Source: Chiloscyllium plagiosum
Taxonomy: Eukaryota
Length of the DNA: 64,000 nucleotides
Reading direction: 5' to 3'
Assembly: GCF_004010195.1 (NCBI RefSeq)
Contig: NC_057718.1
Coordinates: forward strand, 30,696,767-30,760,766
A program made the position numbers and the translations under genes. Under the pieces are notes generated by a model. It worked only from the letters and a program-made list of their open reading frames with translations. It had not been told where the DNA came from and did not search any database. Below, one piece after another: positions 1 to 12,615 of the stretch (positions are counted from its first letter, which is position 1; the number at the start of each line of letters is the position of its first letter).

Positions 1-215
1 CCAGCCTATTCAGTCTCCCCTAATAGCTCAAACCCTCCAGTCCCAGCAACATCATTGTAAATCTTTTCTGAACCCTTTCAGATTTAACAATGTCTTTCCT
101 ATAGCAGGGAGACCAGAATTGAATACGGTACTCTAAAAGTGGCCTCACCAATGTCCTGTACAGCCACAATATGACATCCCAACCTATATACTCAATGTAC
201 TGACCAATGAAGGCA
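1..215 (-). mobile_element. CR1/HER1 LINE ORF2 C-terminal fragment (runs off window)
   Basis: Minus-strand translation LYRTLVRPLLEYRIQFWSPCYRKDIVKSERVQKRFTMMLLGLEGLSY, the typical CR1 ORF2 C-terminal motif. Confidence 0.9.
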
Positions 216-492
216 ATCAAACACCTATTTACTCTCGTCCCATTTTCCAACTTTTTTCCCATAGTCTATCATACTTCAAATGCTTGTCTAAATACTTCTT
301 AACTGTTGAAAAGAGTTCCAGTCTCTACCGCTCTTTGAGGCAATGATTTTTAGATACTCACCACCCTATGGTTGAAAAACATTCTCCTCGAATTCTCTCC
401 ACACCACCTGCCCTTTACCATAAATCTACACCCCTGATCACTGATCCCTCTATTATTGATCTTATCTATATCCCTCGTAATTTTGTACACAA
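216..492 (-). mobile_element. Older CR1 LINE 3' end fragment
   Basis: Diverged similarity to the CR1 3' ends elsewhere in the window (caccaccct...aaaaa, tcttatctatatccctcgtaattttgtacac). Confidence 0.6.
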
Positions 493-1394
493 CATTATGC
501 AATAAAAGACTTGAGTAGTGATAGGGTCAACTTCCTAGAAAATACTGGCAGTAGTGAGAATCAAGAAACGCACATGAAATCATTTGGAGAAAAGAGAAAC
601 TCAAAGAAATTTGCTTAAATAAAAACGATTACACATGCTGAATATCTGAAATAATTCACTTTGTTTTTATTTTTGTAAAAAAAAAATCACCTTTTCATAA
701 AGTTACTAATATAACTTTAAGACTGCTAGCAGCGAGAAAAGCCACAGAGCTTACACTTGCTTTTAAGAAGAAAGATCTCTGTACAGAAAACTCCTGCAGA
801 GGAATCACAAAAACAAGTACAAGCCTGAATAAAAGCCTTTTACATCAAGTGATAGAGAAAACAAGGTTGAAGCAGTCAGGTAAGTAAAAGCCCACTGGCA
901 GCCAAGGGGATAAATCCATGTTGAGCACCTGCAGAAAGTGGGTAAATAGTGAACACACAAAGCAGATTTGATCAGTTGGAGGAAAGAAGAACTAAGTTTC
1001 ATTTTCAAACAGAAAAAGTAGGCCTGTAAACAGTTAAGATTCCTAACACTGATTTCACAATTTCTAAACAACCCACACGATAACTAAGTCAACAAAAGTA
1101 AAGAAAGCTCTTCAGAAATAGTTGTAAGGTAAATCAATGGGAAAAGATCCAACCCAACAATAAAATTAGTTCAATCTTAATGTTTGGGTAGTTTGAGCAG
1201 GAAGCATAGGTTTTACTGAGTAACTGAGAAGTCTTCGTTTTTTTATTAGTTTAAGAAAAGGTCTGAAATAAAGCGAAAGTCATGAATTTGATCACATGGT
1301 GATGAATGAGGTGCAAAAAGAACTCAGATGCAGTGGAAAAAAATTGGTGTGAATGGCATCTGTTATGATTGTTCTTTCTCTTGTAGCATCTTCT

Positions 1395-1496
1395 GAGGTG
1401 TTTTCGCTTCGAGCGCAAAAGATGGGCTAGGGTCCAGTACACGGCACCTGTATCCAAGGCTGTGTCGGGGGAACCGGACCAGTGCGAAAACACCCC
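1395..1496. mobile_element. Putative ~100 bp MITE
   Basis: Perfect 11-bp inverted repeat ggtgttttcgc (1397-1407)/gcgaaaacacc (1484-1494); inner ggtccagtac/gaaccggacc partial inverted match; 7 CpGs in an AT-rich context. Confidence 0.4.
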
Positions 1497-1952
1497 TGGA
1501 GAAGCCCAAAGAAAAAGAACAATCTCTATAAAATCATGATAACCACCTTTGATACAATCGAAAAACCATTGATTCTTATTAAATGACAACACTTTGAGAA
1601 GATTTCTACCCACAGATCTTTTAGAAATCCTTCATCCATCTTGAAAAGATAATGTTTTCATTCATCACTGTGACCATATTGATAAAGGAAAACTGAAGTT
1701 TATTGGAAAAAGATTTAGAACTGCAGAAACTTTAACAGTTTTCAATTTTGGTTCTGCAGCAACAATCTTTGGAACAACAAAGATTTAATAACTACTTTAG
1801 TCAACTTAGAATATAACAAGACAATGAAATGAGTGTTGAACAAAGAGATCAAAATCCTCACATTGATTGAGGCCAAGAAGATAATCAATGATATCAAGTG
1901 CAAGCAGACAATGAAACAAAATTCACTTTTATCAATTTTTCTAACAGAAAAA

Positions 1953-2690
1953 TCCAAGCTTTCAGAATTATTTGACTTATCAGCAAATTGACAAGTTTGG
2001 ACTGCACAATTTCTAAGGTTGCACCCAGATTCAGAATTGAGCACCAAATCAAACACTGGACTGGTTTATATACTTCTCACCCATATGGGAAGAATATCAC
2101 ATCTTGTGTTACATTGGCAACAGACAGATATGAAGTATATATTTGACAGTCATCTAACAGGTTTTTGATCAATATTTCACTTCAAGAACAAATAGGATGC
2201 TGGCAAGATTACACTTCAATAGCAAATATTCAGTCCCAAAAAGACTGTAGGTAGCTTCATTAGTGACCTGAGTTATTCAACTATTGAAAATTAGAGTAAC
2301 AACTCAGTTGTCTCAGAATCATCTGTCTCTTAGATAAATCAATCACTGAACTTCTTCAGTAAAAAAAGATCTAACTCAAGGACAGAAATTGCAGTGGCTA
2401 CATAGTCTAGAAAATTATCCAAAAATCATTATATAGCAAAAGTTGCATACACTGTACACATTCTACCAAAAGTGTTGACAACATGTAGCATTCAATCAGA
2501 TCTCAAACAGAAAAGATATATCATGTGCGGCAACACCAACATAAAATCCTAAGCAGTCTGATGGCTAATATCTCACCATAGGTGTCATTCCAAAACCCAA
2601 TAACGCCAAATACAAAACTGTCCAGCCTTACATCAACCATGCGTTCATTATATAAAAATAGGTCATTTCTCAAAACTTTATTACAGTCCA
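1953..2690 (+). pseudogene. Decayed Ty3/Gypsy-type gag (capsid region plus zinc knuckle)
   Basis: Manual translation with stops and frameshifts: LFDLSAN*QVWTAQFLRLHPDSELSTKSNTGLVYILLTHMG (from 1968), FDQYFTSRTNRMLARLHFNSK (from 2164), HRCHSKTQ*RQIQNCPALHQPCVHYIKIGHFSKLY (from 2577; CCHC knuckle with C-to-Y changes). Confidence 0.7.
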
Positions 2691-2948
2691 AAGAATCTTC
2701 CAAGCATCAAACCAAATCATATCCAGGCCAACATTACCATTCATGCCTTTGAACAGATCCATAAAAGCATTGAAGAACAAGTTAATACTGTAATAACTTT
2801 AAAAACGGTCTTGAAGAATTAACACTATCCATAGGTTAATGACAGAGAAGATGCAACTTACCCATAATTTCTGCAATTACATCAACCTCAGATCCCTTCA
2901 ACAAGCACGAACAAAAGCCAACAGAGAAAAAGAAAACTCACCAACCTT

Positions 2949-3284
2949 GTGGTGGCGCAGTGGTTAGCATTAATGCCTCATAGCAGCAGAGACCCAGGTT
3001 TGATTCCAGCCTTGGGTGACTATCTGTGTGGAGTTTGCACATTTTCCCCGTGTCTGCATGGGTTTCCTCTCACTGTGCAAACATGTAAATGTTAGGTTGA
3101 TCAGCCATGCTAAACTGCCCCACCATGCAACGTTTTGCAGGCTGGGTGGGTTAACAATGGTAAAGGCAGGGTTACGGGAATAGGGTGGGAAGTATGGGAT
3201 GCGCTTTGGAGGGTAAGTGCAGACTCGATGGGTTGAATAGCTTCTATCTGCACTGTAGGGATGCTATGATGATTCTATGATTCT
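2949..3284 (+). mobile_element. HE1-type (V-SINE) tRNA-derived SINE
   Basis: tRNA-like head (tggcgcagtggttagc / gtttgattcc), V-domain ctgtgtggagtttgcacatt..ccccgtgtctgc, CR1-like tail ending in (gattctat)n. Confidence 0.9.
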
Positions 3285-3715
3285 TACCGTCACATATTCC
3301 TGCAAGTTGTCACAGACTTTCCTGACCCACCTATGGACATAGATGAATCAAGTCAAAGACTTGAAATGGGTGTAGGAGATATAAGGAAACAATATACAGT
3401 AGATGTTTTTAAAAAAGAAGTATTCTAGATAATTCATTTGAGAATATATGAATATAAATTGGTGTTTTACGATGGGAGAAAAATAGGAGGTGTTGTGTCA
3501 GGGGTTTGGGACACCAAAACATTGCAATAATTTCACAGAGCTAAGTAGATTTAAGAAGAAAGACAAACACACAGAGAGCTAGATTGAGATCCTTAACTTT
3601 GCAAATGTTAGAAACACATGCAGAAAAGCACATGGATTAGATCAACATTTTAAATGGCAGAGTTTATGGAATTACCTTTCAATAATGTAACAGTGAAATT
3701 AGAACCGGGTATACG

Positions 3716-4065
3716 TAGAATCTCTACAGTGCAGAAACAGGCCATTCGGCCCAACAAGTCCACACCGACCCTCCAAAGAGTATCCCACCTAGACCCATTC
3801 CCCAACCCTATTACTCTACATTTCCCATGACTAATGCACCAAACCTATATACCCCTGAACACTATGGGCAATTTAGCATGGTCCAGTTCACCTAACCTGC
3901 ACATCTTTGGACTGTGGGAGAAAACCAGAGTACCCAGAGGAAACCCACGCAGACACTGGGAGAATGTGCACACACCACACAGACAGTCACCTGAGACTGG
4001 AATCGAACCCGGGTCCCTGGCACTGTGAGGCAGCAGTGCTAATCACTGAGCCAGAATGCTGCCCC
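3716..4065 (-). mobile_element. HE1-type SINE, near full length
   Basis: Reverse complement shows A/B boxes, V-domain and CR1-derived tail. Confidence 0.9.
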
Positions 4066-4098
4066 TCTGAATACCCTTTATTTAATCTTAAAATGTAA

Positions 4099-4342
4099 TA
4101 AAGTTAAAAATCATACAACACCAAGTTATAGTCCAACAGGTTTATTTGGAAGCACTAACTTTCAAAGCCCTGCTCCTTCAGGTAGCTTTGGAAAAGGATC
4201 CCCTTCTAAAGCTACCTGATGAAGGAGCAGTGTTGTGAAAGCTAGTGCTTCCAAATAAATCTGTTGGACTATAATAATCTGGTGTTGTGTGATTTTTAAC
4301 TTTGTCCACTCCGGTCCAAACACCAGCATCTCCACATCATGG
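4099..4342. mobile_element. PLE-derived foldback mini-element (family C) with degenerate hammerhead
   Basis: ~90 bp inverted arms; TSD ttaaaatgtaa (4088-4098/4343-4353); CTGATGA-a-ggagc..gttgt-GAAAGCTA at 4216-4244. Confidence 0.8.
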
Positions 4343-6237
4343 TTAAAATGTAACGAGCAGCATTATAAAGAAGCCAGAGCCTGAAGTCAGAACCTTTCCT
4401 TTGCTTTAACCAACCTGTCTTGAACCCAAACTCATGGAGGACATAAAACCACACAACAAAAGATTATCATTAGGTAGATGAGTTTCAGAGATATCTGAAT
4501 ATAATGGGAAGTGTTTTCATTTTGATTTAGCAAAATGGTTCTTTTTCTTCCAGATGAAAGATGAAAAAAATGAAAGATATGATGAGAACCTCCACTATCC
4601 TGTCCTCGTCACTCTAACTAAGCAGGAAACAGCCAGCAATGCCCAACCAAGCTGAGACCTGTGATGTGCTGCCCTTTTCTTGGTTCCTCTAGCAGCTGCA
4701 CTCAACAATATGAAAGCACAGTTAGGACGCTCATATGGAAGGAATACTTTTGTTGGTGAAGATTAAGGAAAATTCACAAGTGTAAACTTACCTCTTTTCT
4801 CGCCCAGAAAATCCACAGAATTTGTAATGTTCCATACTTTTCCAATTAAAGCAATTTTCCTCACTAAAATTGGTATATATGTAATTTTTTTGATTGCTTT
4901 GTTACTTAAAATGTCAAGTCATTTATTTTCTAACATATATTATTTTCCAAATGCTGTTTTCTTACATAAAGAACAGTATGCATTTGTTTATTTTTCAATA
5001 AAATATACAGAAAAAAATTCATTAATAATAAGTAATCTGCAAAATCTCTTTATTTTCTTCACCTTTTTGCCAGAAACCTAGATTTTTGCAGAAGTCTTGG
5101 GTGGTTTTCAATTTCGTTTACCTATCTGCATCATTGCAGGAATCTTGTAAACTTGACCACTTAGCTTTTGTGAGATAAAGCCTGGCCAACCCTCTGCTCC
5201 TCCCTTCCAATTATGTATGATTAGTCTCAGTGTTTTGTGTCAAGATGAAGGAGTGTGCTGAGTGGTTATTATCTGTTTAGGTGCAAGGAATCCATGCAGT
5301 TTCTTACTTTCTGCAGTGAATGAACCTTTTGCGGGATTTGGTTCTAGCAGCTCACTGTGTTAACCTTATTTTAAGCCTGTGCTTTAGAATAATTGCTTCT
5401 AAACCTCAATTTGATGTTATCACAGTAGATATCGTGAAGCTCTTAGAGTGATTCCTAAATATTTACATATTTAATTTTCCTCATCAATCTTTCTCAGGAA
5501 AATCCTTATATCATTGCACACATTAGATGAGCCATCATTATATAGAAAGAGTGGGGGCAAAAACTAGGATACGGTGAAAGACAGTCAAGTTTCAGAAGCA
5601 GTCTTTAAGCTTACTGGTTATTGCTATTTATTGAGATGTTGCTTTGGCCCAAACTTTGAGGAAAGCAAAAATTCTGAGATGCTGAGTATGATTTTTTTTG
5701 CCTTTGCAGTCCTGTATTGTGCCTTTTATTTTCTTTCTTTGTCTTTCTTCTTTCCTGTGGTTAAGCAGGTCCTGAAAGGAAAGCTTAGCACTTAATACTG
5801 GGATCTAGTTGTAGGAATGTATACTGTAGCAGATTCCAAGGAGCTGAGCAAATGATGGAGGCTTAGTGTTGCAAACTGAGAAGGAAAATTGTTTTTAATT
5901 AGCACCTTGGTAAGAACTACTGATTAATAGCGTTTGGTTTTGTGAAGAGCTTTCAGCTGAGTAATTTGTGTAGCCATTACAACAGTTTCGTCAGAGCTCC
6001 TCTCCTGTTGTTAAACACAAACAGCAGATGATAACAGTCTGAGATGAGTTTGTCAAGTAACAAATTTGCATGACTGAAGAAGTATCTTCTGCACTGAGGC
6101 GCAGTAGATCGTAATGAACTAAAAAGGTATTTTAAAGCTTTGTGAAACAAAATGTTGAATGTCAACATGTCTTTTGAGTAAGATTTATTTTAACAATTTC
6201 CATTGCAGCTAAAATTTGTGTGCATCAGCATGCTTAA

Positions 6238-6670
6238 GTATTTATTGTCATGTGTATTTCATTACAAAATACTGTGAAAAGTATGGTACAGTGTTGTCAC
6301 TCTGACGCCATCTTAAAACACTGAAAAATAAATCAAAACACAGAACCCAAAAGACAGAAAAATAAATAAATAGTGTTCAACTTTACAGTCCTTCTTGTTA
6401 AGTGCTCTGCCTTGGGCCTGGTGGCCCTTCACTGCACCGCCACTGGAACAAGAGTTGCCACGTTTGGTGTCATCTTGCCTCCACCAATGCCCACCGCTAT
6501 GGGTCCTTGCTGGACCTCATCAATGCAGCCGTCAGCAATGCTGCTGGGTACTGCGCCTGCCCAAACTTGATTCCACCACTGCCGTGAGTCCACTTCGGGT
6601 CCACCTCACCGACACTGCCGGGTCTCATACTGGGCCCAAACATGCCTCCTTATAGTGGCATATACTTGTA
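6238..6670 (-). repeat. Unclassified GC-richer interspersed repeat with a LINE-like 3' tail
   Basis: Abrupt GC-rich segment preceded by tttattgtca..tactgtgaaaag, resembling a minus-strand non-LTR 3' end with AATAAA. Confidence 0.35.
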
Positions 6671-9410
6671 ATGTTTTTGCTAGATTAGGTAAGAGTGCTC
6701 AGAACCAACCTAATATCGCTGCAATGGCTGTTAACCACGAAAGGCCTCAAAATGTTACAGTTTTAAAGCAATGTCAGTTCTAAAGGAGATTCAGACAGCA
6801 GAGCAACCTTTAAAGAAAAAGGAATACTGTGCTGATGTGAATAAGAGACAGCCACCCCATGCAGCACAGGCTCAAAGGTCAACTTTGTGGCTGTGGCCTC
6901 CAATATGAAATTGTTGAGCATGGTAAAAATCTGAAATTCAATGCAGCTTCAGAAATAGAGGGCCTCCAGCAATGGGTGTCATTAAGTGATTTCATCGTAA
7001 TAAACTTTAAACTGTTGGCTTTATGAATTGCCAGGCAGTTTTGCAGTTGCTCAGAAGGAGCTTGCAGTGTCTTAAGTGTGACAAGCGCTATTAGGAATTG
7101 TGACCATGTTTCAAGCATACTTGGCTTTTCTATTCCTGGGGTGATTGCTGCCTATTAGTCAGCATCTGGGAAGATTTTTCTGTGGCAATCTTAGTTCAAG
7201 AGCTTTCGGGGTTTTGACCTGCTTTTTCAAGGCATTCTCTGAGGAGTTTTGTAAGAGAATGCTCAAGGATTTGTGACCACTTTTAACTAATTCCATTTAA
7301 GTTTTGTGATGCTGTTATATAAAAATGGCTTTCATTGTTTCTCGGGTGCTTATTTGCCTGCTGTTCCTTTTCACATGTTCCTAAAAGGAGCAATGTGAAT
7401 AAAATTGTAAAGCTGAGAGAATTTTGAAAAATAATTATGAAACTCCAATTTCTATAGGTATAATGTAACGTAATCCAATAAAGGTCCCATGAAATGACCA
7501 ACTGTTAGTCATTTCATTTTCAAATATATCACACAGCACTGATTTTAAAAAGTATAGGAGAGACATAACAGGGAAACATGGAATAGGGAATTGATTCTAT
7601 TCAGGAAGAAAACTTGAAAGCTCACAGTCACAATGAGTTATCAAGGTCTTCTTCATAACTAGAATGTTTTCTACATTCCAGTTCCCCCACTTACATTCAA
7701 CATGTAAAATTAATTAAAATTTGTTTTTTGTTATAACTGTTTTGCTATTTTAGTTACATTAATGCTATTTTCAACCTTGATGGTATGTCTCGCGTTATCG
7801 CAACCATGTTCTTTCACCAAGGTTTCTCAGTTTTAAAGATATACTAATTTGGGAGGTGCTTTTGTATTTTCTATTTGATCATGTGCAATGCACATTTTTA
7901 ACAGCAAGTGGCTGGTATGTTGAAAATCCAATTAGAGAGCTAAAGAGTTTAATCTACAAGGTATTCTTGGCCAGACTCCAGTTTGCTTTACAGTAGTGAG
8001 TCATCTAGCTATGACAAGACTTCAAGCTTGTGACTTGATGGAAAATTTGTACAGTCATATTTCAAAATGTACACTTCCACTGGTGTTTGAAACTGACTTT
8101 TGTGCTTAACAATTTAAATCCACACAGCAGGTTGCAAATGTATTATTTACAATGGAGGTGCAGTGTTTTAGTAGCATACCATTACATCACTTAAATAAGA
8201 ACTTGCCCATTCATGTATACGACTGCATTGCAAGATTGCCAATCAAAAACAAATTATAACCATCCATGGTGCTGAATCCTAAACATAAAGACAACTGAAA
8301 AGACAAAATCCACCTATCAATCATATTTTTATTTTGTAATTTTGGGGCTAGATGGGAGGCCCATCTGAGTGGAAAGATGAAGCCATGTAAAACTAATCCT
8401 AGTAGAAAATTGATCATGTGGAATATGTCTAGATTTCCATGTATGTAAAATGAATGTAAAATTGTATTTTACAGCACAGAGGAACCCAGTTAGGTCAATG
8501 AATATGTGACAGCTCTCTGAAATAACTTTCAAATTAGTCCCATGCCCTGCTCGTTCCCTGCAATCTTGATCTTTAAATATTCTTGTCTAAATCTTACCTT
8601 TGAAAAGTTAACATGAACTCCATTACCACTTTCTGGCAAGGTATTGCAAAGCTTGAGAATCTCAATTTTTTTTCAAAAAGTCTAAACTCAGGCACTTGCT
8701 TTGGTGAGGATCTTAGATTTGTGTCCTCTTACCAAACCATTGAATTTATCAGAGCACTGAAAAAATGTGAACACTTCAAATAGTTTTGCTCTTAATATCA
8801 CATAGTATGTGAGCAGGAGGCCATTCCGCTCATCAATTCTGCTCTGCCATTCAATGAGATCATGGATGATCTGATAATCCTCAGCTCCACTTTCCTCCTT
8901 TTTCCCATAACCCTTGATTCCTCTTACTGATTAAAAGCTTCAACAGCCTGCTATGGTAAACTATTCCACAGATTCACTGCCCTCAGGGAAGAACCAACTC
9001 CTCATCTGTCATAAATGTGTGACCCCTTATTCTGAGATTATGCTCTCTTATCCTAGTCTCTCCCACTCTGAAACAACCTTTCCACATCTATCCTGTCAAG
9101 CCTCCTAAGAGTTTTATATGTAATCTTGTATTCAATAAGGTCAGCTGTCATGTTTCTAAATTCTAAGAAGTATAGGCCCAACCTAATGCACCTCTTTCAT
9201 AAGACTATCTGTCCAAACTTGGTATCAGTCTAGTGAACCTTCTCTGGACTGTCTCCATTGTCAGTATATCTTTCCATAGAGAAGGGACCCAAACTGTTCA
9301 GAGTATTCCAGTTGTGATCTGATTAGTGCCTTGTACACTTTTAGCAAAGCTGAAAAAGTGTTGCTGGAAAAGCGCAGCAGGTCAGGCAGCATCCAAGGAA
9401 CAGGAGAATC

Positions 9411-9438
9411 GACGTTTCGGGCATTAGCCCTTCTTCAG
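9411..9438 (-). ncRNA. Minimal hammerhead ribozyme core
   Basis: Minus strand reads auuc-CUGAAGA-a-GGGC uaau GCCC-GAAAC-GUC-gauu: all core nucleotides, 4-bp stem II and palindromic ACGU stem III. Confidence 0.75.
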
Positions 9439-9447
9439 GAATAAGCC

Positions 9448-9475
9448 CTGAAGAAGGGCTTATGCCCGAAACGTC
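9448..9475 (+). ncRNA. Minimal hammerhead ribozyme core
   Basis: CUGAAGA-a-GGGC uuau GCCC-GAAAC-GUC; the 5' strand of stem I is mostly lost at the junction. Confidence 0.7.
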
Positions 9476-10977
9476 GATTCTCCTGTTCCCTGGATGCTGC
9501 CTGACCTGCTGCGCTTTTCCAGCAACACATTTTCAGCTCTGATCTCCAGCATCTGCAGGCCTCACTTTCTCCACTTTTAGCAAAACCTCAACTTTTATAC
9601 TCCATTCCCTTTGAAGTAAAGGCTAGCATTCCAGTAACCTTCCCAATGTGCCATGGAATTTGGATGTTAGCTTTTCGTGATTCAAGCAAGAGGACTCCCA
9701 AATCTGTACGTTCTGTAGCTTTCTTCAGTCCTCCTCCATTTAAATAATATTTTCCAACATTGGTCAAAAGTCTGGTGGACAAAACGCATTCACTTAACCT
9801 ATCTTAAAACAAAAATTGTTCTACAAATTCTTTGTGTATCCACGCCTTTTGCCTTCCTAGTTTTTTTGTCATCCGCAAATTTGTCAATAAAACACTCACT
9901 TACCTCATCCAAGTCATTAACATTTATTGTAAGTAATTATGGCCTCGGTGTTGATCCCTGTGACAGTCCAATGGGAACAGGTTGCCATCCTAAAAATCTC
10001 ACATTCCAACTGTCTGCTATTAGTTTGGCAATCCTCTATCCATGCTAACGTACTACCTTCAACATTGTAGTCTCCTATCTTAATCAATAGCTTAACGTAT
10101 GAAGCCTTATCAAACATCTGAAAATCCAAATATATCCACTTCTTTCCCTTTATCCGTGCTTGTTACCTCCTCAAAGAATTCTCTTTGTTTTCTTCCTTCA
10201 ATGAAAAGAGTAACTCTGCTCATTAACAAAATTATTCTTTTTTTGATATCACAATTAATTGCCTTTGTAAACACTGTGATCTTAAGATCCTTTCAAAAGT
10301 AAGATGCCAAAAACTGAGAACTCCAGCTAAATCCTAACCAAATGGTTTGTATTGGTTTCACATTATTTATTTGTGACTGTTTGACTACGTAACATTTTTA
10401 ACAAATTCAACCTCTTAGTTTAAAAGATTTATTTATCTGAAGCCTGCTTTCTAATGCTATATTATCAGCTTTTACCATTTTGTGTACCATTAAACACTTC
10501 AGGATGTTTGTCTACATAAAAGATGTAATTTCAAGCAAGTTGCTGTTATCAATAGCGCTTTCTTACTCTCTCTTCAAAATGTATCATCTCAGCATTCAAT
10601 TTCATCTAGCATCTATCTGCACAATCAATCTATTAATCTGTATGCTCGCTAAGTTATTTACTATACACATCATAGTTTACTAGGACTCTTATCATGTCAT
10701 CTGTAAAAATTAATATTGTGCATCAATCTAGATCTTTTATAATATTGGGAAAAGTCTTGGTACATTTACATTCCAATTTACATTCCTCCAATTGAAAAAT
10801 ATCTATGACTAATCATTCTCTCTTACATAAGCATGAATGGAACTCTCATGCTGCCACATTTCCTTTAGTAATGTGCTTTAACTATGCAACATGTACTTAA
10901 ATGGTTTTTCAAAATCCATACAAACAATTCTCACTGCTTTTTCTTAACCAATATCCTGCCACTTCAGAAAAGAACTA

Positions 10978-11155
10978 GGAGAAAGTGAGGACTGCAAATG
11001 CTGGAGATCAGAGCTGAAAAATGTGTTGCTGGAAAAGCGCAGCAGGTCAGGCAGCGTCCAAGGAGCAGGGGAAGAAGAAGGGCTTATGCCCGAAACTTTG
11101 ATTCCCCTGCTCCTTGGATGCTGCCTGATCTGCGCTTTTCCAGCAACACATTTTT
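10978..11155. mobile_element. PLE-derived foldback mini-element (family A), tail on the left arm
   Basis: Inverted arms of the same sequence as 9349-9572; TSD cacttcag(a/c)aaagaa (10960-10974/11156-11170); truncated hammerhead. Confidence 0.85.
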
Positions 11156-12615
11156 CACTTCAGCAAAGAATACCAACTTACCTTTCATTGATCTATCCTC
11201 TTATTTAATTTTTCTCTTTATTCATTTGTAGTATGTAGGCACGTTGTCTAGGACAGCATTTATTGCCCAAACCTAATTAATCTGGAGAACATGATGGTGG
11301 GCTGCCTTCTTGAACTATCAAAGGCTTCAGACTAGGTCACCAGTCACTTTTTGTCATTTAGCACACCAATGGGGTGGGCATAGGTAACAAGGATGATGGA
11401 AAGTATAAGAAATCATACAAATTGGTGTTTTTGGCCAAAAGTTAGAATAGTCACAAGATGGATGCATTGCTAATAACATAACTATTTGAATGTCTGGATT
11501 TAGTAGTCAATTTTGTGATTGCCGCAATTTGAATTTCCTGGACATGCTAACCATTTACCTGCAGTTTCAATGTTGGTTTGTTGATTCAATGCAATTTTCA
11601 TGGATCATTATGTAGGGACTTCTTGAACCCACTTCCCATGATGGTGTAGAATTGTGCTGACTGACACAGCCTGACAGGTTATAGGATGGATCAGGAAAAG
11701 GAGAAGCCAATACGTTTTGGATATGCTGGTGGTGGAAAGTGTCTTGTACTTTCAAGGTTTAGGGTCACTGTCCATCCCTCCTGTCCCTTCTATTGCTGCA
11801 GCACTCAGAGCTTCTTTTCCCACCTTATTTTCTCCCAGACAGACCAAGGGTGGCCCCGAGCAAAATGTAAATGACCAAGTATTCCCTTTTCTCTTGATGA
11901 ACCCTTATGGATGGAGTAAAACTTGTTCTCATTAGGTGAAGTCCTCAGACAATTTCTGAAAACAGCATTGAGTGTTTGTGAATCCTTGAAAAGGTGTGCT
12001 AGAAACTATTGTGGTGTGATTTAGAGTCTTTGTTCACAGCTCCAGAAGCAATGGCAATGAACTGGTTGGTATCCCTTTGAGTAACCCTTGAATTTGAAGT
12101 CATCATAATGTTCCTCTAAAGTGTTGGTCTCTTTCTGCAGAATGTGATAGGTTGTAAAGGAAAATCACTATAGTATATTGGATACGCTGACTATCAAACT
12201 GCTGTGTACCCTCATAAAGGATCGCTAGCAAGCATTTCAAGTGGCAATGAACTATTTAGCATGCCCCATGATGAATATTTCTAGCACTGACTACAACTTT
12301 GACCAACATCACATCTTGAGCTAAATATAGGTTAAGCCAGTATTTCAGCTTAAGATTTCATCTTGACCAGCTCTCTAACTTGAACATTTAAAGCATTCAT
12401 TGAAAACGATATCGGTTGTCTTCAGTGTAAATTACGAAACTAATATTCTTCACTAGGAAGCAATCTGCTTGAGCATATCAAAATGACTGCAAGCCATCTT
12501 CTGACATATAATCAATGCCTTCTGAGGGATTGTTGGAAAATTTATAAATCAAGTGAAAAAAGCAATTAAGTTTTTCTTGCACTATGGTGAGGCCTAAACT
12601 ATAATACTAATAGCG

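Larger units (their letters stand above)
9349..9572. mobile_element. PLE-derived foldback mini-element (family A)
   Basis: ~91 bp near-perfect inverted arms (9349-9439/9447-9537) plus a 35-nt tail on one arm; TSD acttttagcaaa (9337-9348/9573-9584). Confidence 0.9.
8800..10185 (-). mobile_element. Old CR1 LINE 3' portion, interrupted by a PLE hairpin
   Basis: Minus-strand remnants MDFQMFDKA..STLAWIED and DLGVLL..GMLAFTSKGMEYKS; CR1 3'UTR near 8800-8900. Confidence 0.8.

Noticed and set aside
2949..3020. tRNA genes here and at 46568 and 49617
   Set aside because: The tRNA-like heads continue directly into SINE bodies.
4541..4790. Possible exon after the tttttcttccag acceptor-like site
   Set aside because: No sustained reading frame or partner exons; cannot be supported without RNA data.
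9349..9572. Hairpins as DNA-transposon MITEs or miRNA genes
   Set aside because: Variable 11-18 bp TSDs, asymmetric tails and homology to GIY-YIG PLE termini indicate retrotransposition.
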